Origin: Trichoplax adhaerens
Lineage: Eukaryota > Animalia > Placozoa
Direction: 5' to 3'
DNA length: 64,000 bases
NCBI RefSeq assembly: GCF_000150275.1
Contig: NW_002060944.1
Location: forward strand, 3,596,474 to 3,660,473
The translations under genes were made by a program, and so were the position numbers. Below, piece by piece: positions 14,701 to 28,440 of the stretch. Every line of letters begins with the position of its first letter. Position 1 is the first letter of the stretch. The notes under the pieces are model-generated. The model had not been told where the DNA came from. It searched no databases and was given only the letters and a program-made list of their open reading frames with translations.

Positions 14701-15629
14701 TATTAAGATTTATTTATAGGATTTTATAGATAGTTTCAATTTAGGGTTTTGTATGCTAACATCAGTTACTAGCTAATTTTTCTATTAATTAAACTAAATT
14801 CAAATGCGAATTATACGATACTGAGAGATCAATATTAAGTTCATGAATGATACTGGCTTTCATTGAATGTGTATTACTTTTTCTTTCTATTTGCTAAACA
14901 GCAATGGCATCCCAGCCAGCTGCCAAAAGTGTGAATACTATAGAAATTTAATTCCTTGTTCCAAATCGTTATATCAAGTACCGGTAAGTAAAAGACATCT
15001 AGAACTTTTTTGTTACTATTTATACTTTTATAAGATATTTTTTAGCTAACGATATGTAATTTAGGCACAGACGTCGGAATTGCAGTATGTTAATTGATTG
15101 AATATGTTGATGCTCATTTAATAGTATTATAAATTTTCTTAAAGCACTCAGTGAGTGCTACAACACTTCTTAAATCTTCAATACAAACAAAAATGGGTTA
15201 ACATTAGTATAGGAATTAAAAATTTTTTTTATTACCGTGTGAGAAAATAAGAGACCAAATTGTTTTTACTCGAATACTGCTCGTCGTATTCTTATGGTCT
15301 CAAGGATGCATAGAGTAGTGATCAGTCTATTAGAATCTTTATAGTGTATTTCAATGCTAGAAAATAAAATGTACGTATATATCACGGCTCTAAACTTCTG
15401 ACTGATCGTTAGGTATTTACTGTATTGCGTTATTCCGGTAAAGAGATCACTACAATATAATGTACTAAGTGCAAAGCGTGAAGACTTGTATACTATATAA
15501 TTTGTAATAGAATTATCCTGTTTAAATACCAGTTGTCAACAATCAAGTCTTAATACCTATCTAAAAAATATACGATTGCGAGATGTTGACGTAGCTAACC
15601 TAGAAATCATTCTTGCTCTACGTAAAGAC

Positions 15630-16020
15630 GGGTATTATAGATGTAAAGTAACGCCAATTGTAAATCTAAAATCTATTTCATGTCGTCATGTTGCATCTTT
15701 TACAACTGGTAATCGATACTTTATAAGTTACCTCAACATTAAATTGTTATTCGATATATCTTTCTCATTTGTTTACGCTAACTTTTAGAATAGATCTAAT
15801 TACATCTACGCTCATTCATATCATTACTACTACCTCGATGTAAAAAATGCTTATTATAGATGTACTGCAAAACTAATTGCAAATTTAAAATCTATATCTG
15901 GTCGTAGCACACCATCTTTTATCATTGGCAATCAATACTTCATAGTCATTGTTATTCGATGTATTCTTCTTATTTGTTTTATGCTAATTTTAAAAATAGA
16001 TCAAATTACATCTATGCTAT
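15630..16020. repeat. Degenerate tandem duplication, ~215 bp unit x2
   Basis: attatagatgta..aaaatctat..catctttta..ttgttattcgat..aatagatc.aattacatcta.gct occurs twice. Confidence 0.8.
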
Positions 16021-16344
16021 ATTATTTTACTGTCATACTTGTGCTTACCGTAATGAAACATCAGGATATTTTTTAAGTATTTTTTGTAAGCTTCTTTGTG
16101 TACATACACTTATTAGTTCATTATCTCAAAAAATAATACACGCTTTTGCCAGGTACCGATCAGTAATCTGGTATACCGGAATTGCTGGTATCCGACGTAG
16201 TTAAATTTAGAGGGGTGTTTACTGTTTACTGCGGAGAAATGGAAGAGCAGGATATATCTTGTCAGTTTGTTGTAACAACAATGAGATTTATTATAAACTA
16301 ATAATATCCTAAATGACAAGATGTCACAATTTAGATGTATGATC

Positions 16345-16905
16345 CTATTCACTAAAATCGCAATCTTGACATTTTGGCCAATATGAATAATATTTTCTGT
16401 TTCACAATATTATGAAAAAGATTTCCTATCTGGACAGATAGTACCGCAGTTGTTATGTTTAAGCTACATAATATTAAGATCAATTAATAATCTGGATAAA
16501 TACCAAGCGTACTATTTTACAATCCTGCACAACAGCGCATTTTATTGTATCCATTGAAATCGTAATCTTGACATTCTGACCAATATAACAAATGTCTTGT
16601 ATTTAACTCCTTTATGACAATGATTTCTTATCTGAACAGATCGTGGCAATTATATTATGTATAAGCAATAATTTAGTAAAGTCGGCTTATAACCTTGGGT
16701 AATACTAAGCACGCTGCCATGCAATCTTGCACAACAGTGTTGTTCTATTCAGCCAAATTGCAATCTAAACATTCTGACTTATATGACTAATGTCTTGTGT
16801 TTCAATACATTATGACAATGATTTCATATCTGAATAGATAGTAGCTGTTGTGTATAATCTATAATCCAGTCAGATCGGTTAACAATTCTGAGTAAATACT
16901 AAGCA
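16345..16905. repeat. Degenerate tandem repeat, ~200 bp unit x3
   Basis: aaatcgcaatcttgacatt..tatga.aa.gattt..tatctg.a.agat..aatac.aagc recurs three times. Confidence 0.85.
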
Positions 16906-19900
16906 TTAATGCTTTATTAAGCTTCTTAAATTAAGGCCATAATGTTTCGTCTGGAGTTGAAGTATTGTCTCGTTGCTATTAAATATTTAACCTACTCACA
17001 AGCTACGTTGATATTTTATTCTAATTGATTATTTCAACTATTTCCTGTTGTGTCTACGGGTGTATTTTTTAATTGAGCTTAAATTTTACTTGATTTTAAA
17101 AATTGATTACAGTTAGTTATGATAAGTACAGGATAATATCGATTTTTTCAGGTGTATTGGCTTTACGTATTTAACTGTCATATAGTAAAAGTAATGGGAT
17201 ATTTGGATGTTATTATCGAAAGAATAGGGCCAGGCCATAAAGCTTTAAGCATGATCCTGTCGTAAATAAGAAAGCATGCTAGTTTAATAATAGATGGGGA
17301 AGTACTAATTTCCCGTTAATACCAATCTGTTATTGTGGTATTATTATTCTTAAAGCTATGTTCGACATCACTTATACATAATTCCTTCTTCTCTATTCTG
17401 CTTACATTTTGACCATCCAAGTTATTCGTAACTAAATTTGTCGCAGCATTGATAAATCTCTTTACAATATTCTGTCTTAATTTCTTAATTTAAATACGAT
17501 ACAATTATGAATACTAGTTTCCATAATGATACTGCATTCAACGCAAAAATAAATTTAACTTTATTTTATACTGGGAATTGATTCAATGAAATACTGTAGT
17601 ATAAGCTAATTTATCAATACATGGTTGCTATGGGAATTAGCATCTTTATCTAGTAAATGAATAGAAGAAGAAATCATCGATGGTGGATATAGAAGGAATT
17701 ATATTAGTTGCGGTAGTGTCTATGAGTTCTATCCACATTCTTGATAATACAGTATGAACCGAGTAGAATGTCTATTTTAATATTCATTTCTTACTACTTA
17801 GTACTGCCGTTACTTAGCACTTTATTGGACATTAAGAGCGATTATTTAACCGCAAGTCCCCTTTATCCAGTCTAAAAAGAGCATAATCTTCGAACGTAAT
17901 ATTGAAGATATAAATTGGAGCGTTGAAGAATGTATTCTTTTTGGAGTATAAAATTATATTAAGAGGGAAACGAACTTGATAATTGAGTTTTTTAATTGCG
18001 GTAATGCTATATGTTGGATACAATTTATTAATTAGATTATATTAGTCAATAGTGGCCTTTAAGCAACAATCACTATCTTGAACTATATCTTTCTCTACCC
18101 TAAGCCGTAGATTTATGATAAAGATTTATATCAGCAAAATATTTATGTAAATTTGCTTGTGTTAGTATTTCATAATAAGAAACGTAAGATTAATCATTCA
18201 CTTAGCATGCTATTGCTATCATATCTAAGATTTAGATCGCTATAGTTTGGATGAATTATACTTATTTGAATGGGTAAACTATCTTTAAAATATTGTGTAT
18301 TAACTCAACTACTAGATGAAAATCTTTATGTAATACATCATCGTATCGGTTACTGATCGTTATGATAGGAGTACATGGTCTTAGTGGATAAGAATGTATA
18401 AGTAATAATTATATAAATACGATTTCCAATTCTTATTTCTATTACGTTATCACTGTATAAAACTTAGTCATGGCATGATCACGTAATCTTATTAAAATCA
18501 TACAGTAACTGGTATAGAGTCTCGTCATGGCTATGACAAACACCTTGTGCATATTTAATAAGTCGTTGTTTACGGCGGTGAATTCAGCTACTGTTGAAAC
18601 TTTAACTAGTCTGTATTGCGTCATAATAAGATACATACAAAAATTATTAAATTGAAGATTTCTTATTTTGTTTACCTTATCCAATTTACAATACCTCCAT
18701 CGTCGTTATTACTGACAATAATGGCGGTATTGGATAAAGTAACCAAGTAGAGAAATATCTTATTAATATTTGGTTAATAATGTATTAGATCAACTTGTTT
18801 TTGTTATTGATATTTCTTCGTTCTATAATTATTTTCATGATGATGACGATAGTAACTCCAGTCGATATTCAAAGTCAGTCTGTACCAAGCCCAAAATCAT
18901 AAATAATCATTACTTATTGAATATTCTGTCTATTGCGTATTGGATGTCTATGTCGGATGTTGCTGACAATCAATTTGACCCTGTCTTCTATTACGATCAC
19001 GTTTTATCATAATATTGTGCTGTTATTGCCTATATTATTATTTATTATTGCAGAAAATAGTTCAGTTGATTACTAATTACTTTATGATCTTTACGGATTA
19101 AGGTTAATTTTATAATGACATTGTATTGCCAAGGCATTGCGTTCCTCAAATTATTATTTTATCTCTTTAATCATACTGTTTTCTCATTATGGTACTATCA
19201 ACACTTGATCAATAACCATAGATATTCTTCGAATGACATCATAGTAGTCAATTTTTTAAATTGTTGATGTTTGTTGTTGTTGTCATTATTACTATGATGA
19301 TTACGTATCTGCTATTACTATTCATGCTAAAAGTAGAAAGAACTGTATGATAATTTATCCACAGCCAATTGATTGGATAGAAAAAATAGAGAGACAACAA
19401 CTTTCTCCTTATCATATTATTAGCAATCTAATGTTAATTTTTATGCTCACTGCAACTGTATTAGCAACAATCTGCATTGTCGTGGTGCCTCAATTCTAAC
19501 TATTTATCTGATATTCTACTATCAACAAAAAACAACTTACATCTAAGGCAAGAGTAAATCATGAAAGTTGTTTTCGTTGAGTTAGATTACTTTTATTTTT
19601 TGAACTGAACAATTAAACCACTTTTTTATCCTTTGCGTCATTCGCTTTTATGCCTTAACCTATTTTATTTTTTTCACCCCAGTGATAATAAAGTATATGA
19701 CGTAAATTACCACTTCAGAACAACGATCCAACGTCTACTTGCGTATTAAAATCAATCAACTAATATAGATGATTTTGCTATTGATGCAATAGCGATATAG
19801 TTTATCAATATCAACCCTAGAGCTTACTTTATCAATACGATATTATGTTTCCAATTATATTCGAAAGCTAAACAATCTATTTACGCTACACTCTTGACCG

Positions 19901-22424
19901 GTAGAATAACATACAGAATAACCTCTGTCGAAAAACAACAAGCAGTTTACGACCTAACGCCATTCATTTAATCGATAATGATAAATTAGTTAGCTGATGG
20001 GTTAGGGAAAGAGGTTATACCTAATAACACTTTTTTGACCTAATCTATAAGCAACCTGCTATCTCGTGATTACATGTATGTTTATATTTTATTCCACATA
20101 CTTATAATCTGTTGTTGTTCGAACGCAATATAAAGCTTTGTTATGTTTATAAATTTTATAGCAGAAGCATTTGTAATACCAGAGACATTTAATTCTCCTT
20201 GTCATAAATATTATTGTTGACCATAAAATACTCTGTTGTGAGCTTTCAATATTAATTTGACGTAATATACTGCAATTTCTTCCTCATAGACGCATTCCAT
20301 ACGCTTACACGATAGAATGAACTTATAAGTTTTTAACTTAAGTTTGTTTGGACTTTCATCTATCATCTTTAATTTTTATAAGAATTCTGTACTTCAACAA
20401 ATGCCAATTACCAATCGATACTGTACTAGTAAAATGTGGTATAAAAATCAATATTTAAAAACATTTGTAATTTTATTTTGGATTTTTGAGCATCTCAGTT
20501 TAAACTATTGCCAATGACAATTTGATGTAAGTGCCCAGCATAGATGGTGAAATAAATCGGTCAATAGGTTGCAAGTATAAATTTAGGATTAATTTCTTAC
20601 ATACGTAGCATCTCAACATTTTTATTCTTATAAAGGTTTAAGGTATTATCCTTTAGAGTGTAAGTGTTCTATGCTACATCTACAGATGAAGTATTGGATT
20701 AAGATTCGATTCTAATCTATACCATCTAGCTTTTATCTGTTTATTAAAGTATAACAGTAAAATATCTTCACTGTGCCCACTACTTTAATCTTAGATTATA
20801 TATAAATTGTTAAGTTGATTAGAAATAAATTGGAAGCCTTCTAGATCTGCTAATTTAATCAACTTATTTACTTAGAAAAACCAGATATTATCAAACCAGT
20901 AATAAAATACAAAGCTAACCCAAAGCCAATATATCACGAACGAATAATGACAGCAAAATTAGCCAAAATTCTCTAATCATTCCGAATATTTATATAGCCT
21001 ACACAAGCTATATATATTGCTCTGTCTATTCATGAAGAATGAGTACACTAGTACAAATGTCTAAATTTAAGTAAATTATTCTATATAATAAATTTTGCGT
21101 AAATCTTGTTTATTAATAAGAGCGTAATTTATCTCGTCAGTAATATACTGTATATTATAACACGAATACAATATAAACAACACCGTATAGCTTATATATT
21201 ATCACGACATTTTTTCAAATACCATATATTATCGTAAAATCGTTAGTCTATATGTTAGGTACCAGTGCCAATTTTTATTTTTAGTTCCCGCAGTTGTTAT
21301 TGTTAAGCTATCACTAGATCTAACAGGACAAATCTAAATTAATAATCAATCAAGACTTTGATGTATATTGTACTATAAAATCGGTAATGGTAGTTCTATT
21401 TAATACTTTTGGTTATTTCACCACCATGCGAGTATAACTAATAATTAATAAAGTAACAACCTTAGTATAATTAAGCTATCCATAATATGAAAGTAAAGGA
21501 AATCTCTGTTAACAAACAGGATTGAATACCAATCCTGTACTGTTTGATGGTCGGCATTCACCTAGTTTTATTATACCATAGATAGCTTTGTAACCGAGTT
21601 TAAAGGAATTTGAATCGATTAACTCGTCTAGCTGCAGATTACAAACGTGAACAAAACTTCATTTATTCAAAAAGATATTGAATACAGACTTGATTTGAAA
21701 GGGCTTTGTAAAAAATTCTGACGATATGTTGTTGATCACTAATAGATCAGATGGACCGGACGTAAGAATATTGAAATTGCAATCCTTAAATTTTCTTTTT
21801 CGACAAGCATGCTTAATATAAGAACACATCGTTTTGTGATGAAGGGAACAAAACTAGAACTTTATTTTATTTTTATGATTAGATCATTTTGACATATCGA
21901 AATACTTAGCTTTTAGTAAACCTGTAAGCTCTATGATAATTCTACATGACAGCTATCTAATTCAAATGCATGCTATAGTTTTTAATTTACCGCATATCAT
22001 AAAAATCAAAAGACATAGACTAGGGAAACTTATTTTCAATTACCTACCACTACACGCGTGGTACAAATATCTGATTAAATAAACAATCTTGGTGTTTATC
22101 AATAAATACGACGACTACAAATGCTGGATAAAATGATAGCACATTAGTCTAATGTTCTCGCTTTTAACGCTTTTTCAATATCATAGTTAATATTTTACTT
22201 TAGAAATATTCACTATGATGTAAAGTAGGATACAAATGGCTAGATATTTGAACCGGCGATGATTAATTTATGATAGAGCGCACGCTTATTCTTATAAAAT
22301 TGATTACTGCTTAATATTGATCCGAAAGAATGATCAAGTAGCCGAAAAGTTATAGTTAGATTACTTGATCCTTCATTGATTTTGACTGTCATAATAGCTA
22401 ACACAAGGCGTCCTTTTTGGTCAG

Positions 22425-22729
22425 TTTTTCTCATAAAGCATTTTTACGATATACATTTAGTAAAGCAAAATCAATCTATAGGATGAATCAAGTTTATACG
22501 TTCATTTACACTGCTGGCTTGATTCTCAAAAGTATTTTAAGGCTATACTTTTAGCAGAGTAAAAACAATCTATAGGTTTAATTGAGGTTGGGTCCATTTA
22601 CATTGTTGACTTGATCCTCATTAAGTTTTTCATGTTATATCTTCAGTAAAGTAAAATCAACCTTAAAATTAATTATGGTTATACATCCACTTGCATTGCC
22701 GGCTTGATTCTCACAAAGTATTTCATGTA
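22425..22729. repeat. Degenerate tandem repeat, ~95 bp unit, running into the assembly gap
   Basis: catttaca.tg.tg.cttgat.ctca..agtatttt..agtaaag.aaaatcaa recurs; the array abuts the N-run. Confidence 0.75.
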
Positions 22730-23030
22730 NNNNNNNNNNNNNNNNNNNNNNNNNNNNNNNNNNNNNNNNNNNNNNNNNNNNNNNNNNNNNNNNNNNNNNN
22801 NNNNNNNNNNNNNNNNNNNNNNNNNNNNNNNNNNNNNNNNNNNNNNNNNNNNNNNNNNNNNNNNNNNNNNNNNNNNNNNNNNNNNNNNNNNNNNNNNNNN
22901 NNNNNNNNNNNNNNNNNNNNNNNNNNNNNNNNNNNNNNNNNNNNNNNNNNNNNNNNNNNNNNNNNNNNNNNNNNNNNNNNNNNNNNNNNNNNNNNNNNNN
23001 NNNNNNNNNNNNNNNNNNNNNNNNNNNNNN
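22730..23030. other. Assembly gap (301 N)
   Basis: Run of N; ORFs spanning it are artefacts. Confidence 1.
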
Positions 23031-24029
23031 TCATGAACCGCTTTGTACTTACAATAGCTATAAAAAGCTATTAATTATTGATTACTACTTGGGTATTGAT
23101 ATCTCTTACAATACACACAGTTGAAATGGACTACTTTATTCTTTATTAATGCTGATTTTATACTGAAAAGATTTATTTTCTATATTCTATATCAATTATG
23201 ATCGATATTCAATTTGCCACTGAAAGTATTATCAATTTTAGAGGCAAAGTAAGGTATTTTACATATCTAAATATCATCGAAATACATCAAGGTGTGCATA
23301 ATTACTTAGTTTTATCTATAAAAATAATTTTAGTGATTTAAAGATCTACTTGATCGGTACTAGTTTTTGACCCTAGGCAGTAGCTTTGTTTAGCAACGAT
23401 ACAATATTATATAATGAATTAATGTGTAGTTTAATTACGTACTTTGTTCATTCTTTTACTACCCTGCTCCCTATGATACGACTATTACAGTTACTACAAG
23501 AAAAAAAAGGTATTTACTTGTATTGATTTATTAACTGATACATTTAGTAATTATCATCGTCAAAACTATTCGTGTCATTAGTGGGTTTAAATAATATCTT
23601 ACGGGATATGAAAATAGTTTGAGCAAGACTTACTCTCTCTCAAATTATCAGTATCAGTATGAATTAAGCATCCAGTTTATTGTTTTAACATGGATATCGA
23701 AAATGTGACTTGTAAATAGTGGAGAGTGGCTGTTAGCCACAATTATTGCGTAAGTGAAAAGTCTATTATTAATATTGTTATAAGTTTTGTCGTAATTTGT
23801 TGACTTTACTATTACGGCCATGTAAAATGCTTTTCAGCATGCAATGTAGATGAACCTAACTTAAATATTACAACACATCTGTCATATCATTTATAATTTG
23901 TATTAAAAAATGGTTGACAAGGAAAAATTTATTTGTTGATGACAACATTAATGATAGTGTGTCATGGTGAATAACGAGAGGATATTCTGACAGTAAGGTT
24001 ACTATTTAAGTGAGTTTCTTTCTGCCCAG

Positions 24030-24640
24030 GACTGTTATGTGAATTAAGATCAACAATTTCCAAAGTATTGCAACTATCACCGCTCTTAACGTTCAAATAT
24101 CTATTCTAAGATTTCAAATTTCGACCCTATCGATTTTCTTGTGTAAGTAAATATCGTCATTAGTTCTCATATTTATTTGCCAATTTAGGTATCACCGATA
24201 AAAAGTTATCATTAGAGCGATGTTTTACTTTTACGTTGATCACTATTATACGAGTTTTATAATAATTAAGATCAGGAATTTCCAAAATATCTATCACACA
24301 CGAGCCACTCTAAGACCCTAAATTTCGATCCTATTGATTTTTTTAGGTAAATATCGTCATTTGTTCTCACATTTATTTGCCTATTTGGATATCGCCTACA
24401 ATAAGATACCATTAGAGTGATGTTCTATTGTTACGTTGATCACTACTTTATGGGTTTTATACGAATTAAGATCAACAATTGCCAAAGTATTACAGTTATC
24501 GGTGATCTTAGTGCCCAAACGCCTATTCTAAGAATCCATATTTCGATCCTATTGATTTTTCTTTGTAAGAAAATATCGTCATTCGTTCTCACATTTGTTT
24601 GCCCATTAAGATACCGTCGATAATAAGACATCCTTAGAAT
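24030..24640. repeat. Degenerate tandem repeat, ~210 bp unit x3
   Basis: aattaagatca..aattt/gccaaa..tctaaga..tttcga.cctat.gatttt..aatatcgtcatt.gttctca.attt..ttgcc recurs three times. Confidence 0.9.
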
Positions 24641-24811
24641 TATCTTCAACTTCTGCATGATTTTATGTAGTACTGTTTCATTTTTTTGACGAAATGTTTA
24701 GGAACCGATCGTACAGAGACATAAGTTTGCAGTCATACCATTACTGGCAATACAGTAAACGAATCCAGCTTTTCTAAGGTTTATTACTCGTTCTTATAGC
24801 ACAGACGAATA

Positions 24812-25011
24812 AGATAGAGAAGACCTGGACCCCCGCGAAAAATAATAACAAAAAGATAATAAAAGGAAATAAAAAATGAAACACTAAAAATCGGATATAT
24901 ACGCCGCGCGAGCGCAAAGAAATATATATATCGTTTCGACTCTGAAATTTTCTATATATATTTATGCAATAATGTATCGCGATTCGCGATTGGTCCAGGT
25001 CTTCTCTATCT
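24812..25011. mobile_element. 200-bp non-autonomous TIR element (MITE) with Polinton/Maverick-like ends
   Basis: Perfect 20-bp TIR AGATAGAGAAGACCTGGACC (24812-24831) / GGTCCAGGTCTTCTCTATCT (24992-25011). Perfect 6-bp TSD CGAATA (24806-24811, 25012-25017). AG...CT termini and CpG-rich interior. Confidence 0.9.
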
Positions 25012-26344
25012 CGAATATAAATAGAAGAGTAATATAGATGGATTCTATTAGACATGACTGTCTTGATGAATTACGATTGGTCTTTATTATACATATTAAT
25101 ACTGTATAGAGGTACAGAAAAATACTGCTGATTTGTAATGACTGCATCAGCTGTGTTTGAATTGGCAATATTTTCATTTTCACTTCTTCAATGAAATTTA
25201 ATATGGTAAATATCTATGGAAGTTGATCAGTCATAATATAATTGATGTATCTATGTGAAGATGGGCATATTCTAGAATACAAATATGCTAGTAATACACA
25301 TACTTTCGTTTGTTAAGCTGAGCTGATGGTTATTCTTTCTAAGTTGTTTACCTAAATGATGACAGAGATGATATATATTTGATTATTATATTCTATCTAC
25401 GCTAATGCTAATGATAACTCTTTATCACTTTGCTAAGAAGCTTTAGGTCTAGTTTTAATGACGTCAATTACTACCATTTTTTTGTCTTTATATAATAACA
25501 ACGGTTTTATTTAATTATTTCAATTTTGTAGTATTTTAATTTAAGGAATAATTGTACAATTCCTAAAAAATAATACTCATACCTTATCGAATCGAGTAGT
25601 AATTGCTAACACAAGTTAGTTATGATCTTATTAGCAAAGTAATAAAATAAATAGGTAATAGTTTGGTGCTATTCTAATAGGAAAAAATTCAACACGATAG
25701 CGTAAGATTTGATTTCAAGTTATGCCTTCATAAATTGTTTTCAATTCAGAGTCGTGTACATTACGGTATAGTTCTAGTTATAATTTACAGTTGTCAGAAT
25801 AGGATAATTATTATATAGAATTGGAAAGAAGTTAAATAGTAAAATGCTTATACAATAATACATTAATATTTATTGAAATCTTTCAGTATAATTGGTAGTT
25901 GTAAAATGTTAGCGACAGAAAGTAGGTATCACTTAGAATGGTATTATTTAATTTCTTTCTTTATATGGGGAGGTCTCAAGTACATAATTTTATTTTATAG
26001 TTACGTTAATACAACATTGTCATACATATCACGATCCTAATGAGACTAAGGCCGAGTAAAGTTGGATATCAATTTCTTAGAATAAAAAATTATTTGTTAA
26101 ACTGTAACTGTATATCCAAAGTCATCGTTGCGCTCTCTATCCCATTACTAGTATATTTGACTATGAAGGATTATTTTTTCAAAGCACCCCTTTCTTCTGT
26201 CATTTAGTCTTCAAATTTGATATCGTAACTAACAATAGTAGGAAGGTTGTCTTCTTAAAATAGGAATGTAGTAGTTTATAACAATTTTGAAGGGTTAAAA
26301 TTACGCTATAAAAAGCTCATAATGATCGAGGCTGAAACTTCGAA

Positions 26345-26945
26345 TCATTAACGTTTTAGTTCAACATTCATCGTATACTTTTGCAAACAATGTTATATTA
26401 CTAGTTTTTAGAACGTGATTTCATTAATCTCTTTAGGTATACTTTCATATACGATATTAAATTGCTAGTATATAGAATGAAATTTTATTTATATCGTTAT
26501 ATACGCGTTCTTATACGATATTACGTTACTAGTTTATAGAATAGAATTTCATTTATTTCTATGCATGCTTTTACACATGATGTTATATTACTAGTTTATA
26601 GATTATAATTTCATTTTGTGTCTTTATTTTGTTAATATCATTTTATTCATTTCTTAACAATCTAAAGATTGATAATTTTTAGCAACATCTACCAATGTCC
26701 CTCTTTGATCTGCACTATTTAAAGCTAGATTGATTTAATTCACCAAAGCACTAACGTTTTAGTTCTACATTTATCATATACTTTCACATATCATATTACA
26801 TAGCTATTGTATAAAATGTAATTTCATTTATCCCTTTATTTTGTTAATTTCACTTTATTTATTTCTTAATAATCTAAAGATTGACAATTTATAGCAACAT
26901 CTACAAACGTTTCTCTTTGATCGGTACTATTTGAAGCCAAATTAA
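26345..26945. repeat. Nested degenerate tandem repeats (~60 bp and ~240 bp units)
   Basis: tattactagttt.taga..atttcatt sub-units, plus a duplicated aatctaaagattga.aattt.tagcaacatctac..ctctttgatc block. Confidence 0.75.
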
Positions 26946-28069
26946 TTTTGCTTAGGTTTACGGGTACACGATTAAATACTTGATGATAGTAATTGCAAAT
27001 AGAACTATTATTCATTCATTTATAAATTTTCTTTTTATTGACTGCTTCCTTTGAATAATACATTTGTACAACTATACTACCGATTAGCCGTTAATAGCTA
27101 TACTGAAATAACTAAAAAGACTTATTTATTGAATTCATTCATTTAATTTTCACTTGCTGGCTTAAAATAACAATGCAATTTCAACTAGACTGTTAGTTCT
27201 ATTTTGTCATTAATAATACTGTTCCCTGTGCACCTTGATTGTTTCCACATCATGATCACCTTCTTATTAATCTACTTGATATAAGTTGAAGTATTACATC
27301 TTCATTTTCTTTGATTCCAATATACAGCAATACAAGGTAACAGCTAGATCATTAAGCCCATTTTTTTCATAATTACGATATTAAATAATACTTGTTTATT
27401 ATTCCCTTTTTTTGCTGTCGATAATGACTAAGTTTCATCATAAACAAGCTTTTAGTGAAATTTAATTCAAACTTATATCCTATCTGCATGATATAATTTT
27501 GAACTCTGATCTACACTTACTTTTTCTAATTTCCTGGTTGATGTCTTGGATGAATGTTAGAAGAAAATCTAATTTAAAATATGATTTCTTTCTCTACTAC
27601 CATATAAAGATGATCGTTTCTATTTCTTCTACAGATACGTGAAATAAATATCATTGCTTTAACGGTTACGCAGTACTATATAATTGCTTTTATTTCGACA
27701 TTCGTCACTTTCTTATTCTTCACCAAGATGGAATATGCTTCCTTATCCATTCTTTATCATTACTTGTAAAAAGGAATATGAAGCACATTCCATCTTATTC
27801 AACATAGCTAGACGATAAACTATTATTTTTTTGACATTGTTGACGTTTAATTATTTCGGGAAGGAAAATGAAGTAATATTATCTATTCCTTCACGCAAAT
27901 CTGTAATACAATTTCAGGTATTTTATTTATATCTATCATCAAATGACATAATTAAAGTATTGTATAAAAATTGGCCGTAATTGAAAAATGACAATGAGTC
28001 AATTCTTTTAATTACTAATTTATACTAACCATTTAAAGGGATTTCGTAGAGAGTCTTAGCATCCAACAT

Positions 28070-28440
28070 CTGGGTATATCGTTATTTTGACCGTGTCTTA
28101 CTTTTATTTTTTACTTTTATTGTGATCTGTAGATGTGTATTTACATTTTCTCGCTATACTTGATACTATCTAATTACCTCTGTACTCATCTATTTTATAA
28201 GGTATAGATAAGTCGTTTTATTTTGACGGGTCTTCTATTTTTTTGCTTTATTGTAGTATTTTAACATGTAGTTACATTTCATTACTGTATTTGATACTAT
28301 TCAATTACTTGTATATCTTGTAAGGTATAGATATTTCGCTTTATTTTGATGATGTTTTCCATTTTCCATTTTTATATTACAGTAATATATATTATTTTCT
28401 ATCGCTGTGTTTGATACTTTTCAATACTCATGTACTCGCA
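28070..28440. repeat. Degenerate tandem repeat, ~125 bp unit x3
   Basis: ggtata..tcg..ttattttga..tttattg..ttgatactat..aattac recurs. Confidence 0.75.

Noticed and set aside
17300-18100. Possible second decayed GPCR on the minus strand
   Set aside because: Fragments such as ATNIIPSI and FALNAV are not diagnostic.
10291-22434. Short 60-81 aa ORFs from the track
   Set aside because: No recognisable domains, several overlap tandem repeats; expected by chance in AT-rich DNA with alternative start codons allowed.
22691-23074. Three ORFs of 103-127 aa
   Set aside because: Almost entirely X; produced by the N gap.
24826-24995. CpG-rich patch as the native GARNL3 promoter
   Set aside because: Lies wholly within the TIR/TSD-bounded 200-bp insertion.
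25750-28073. Candidate upstream GARNL3 exons (25750-25765 SRVHYG; 28039-28073)
   Set aside because: Plausible splice signals, but I could not join them in frame to 30403; needs cDNA.
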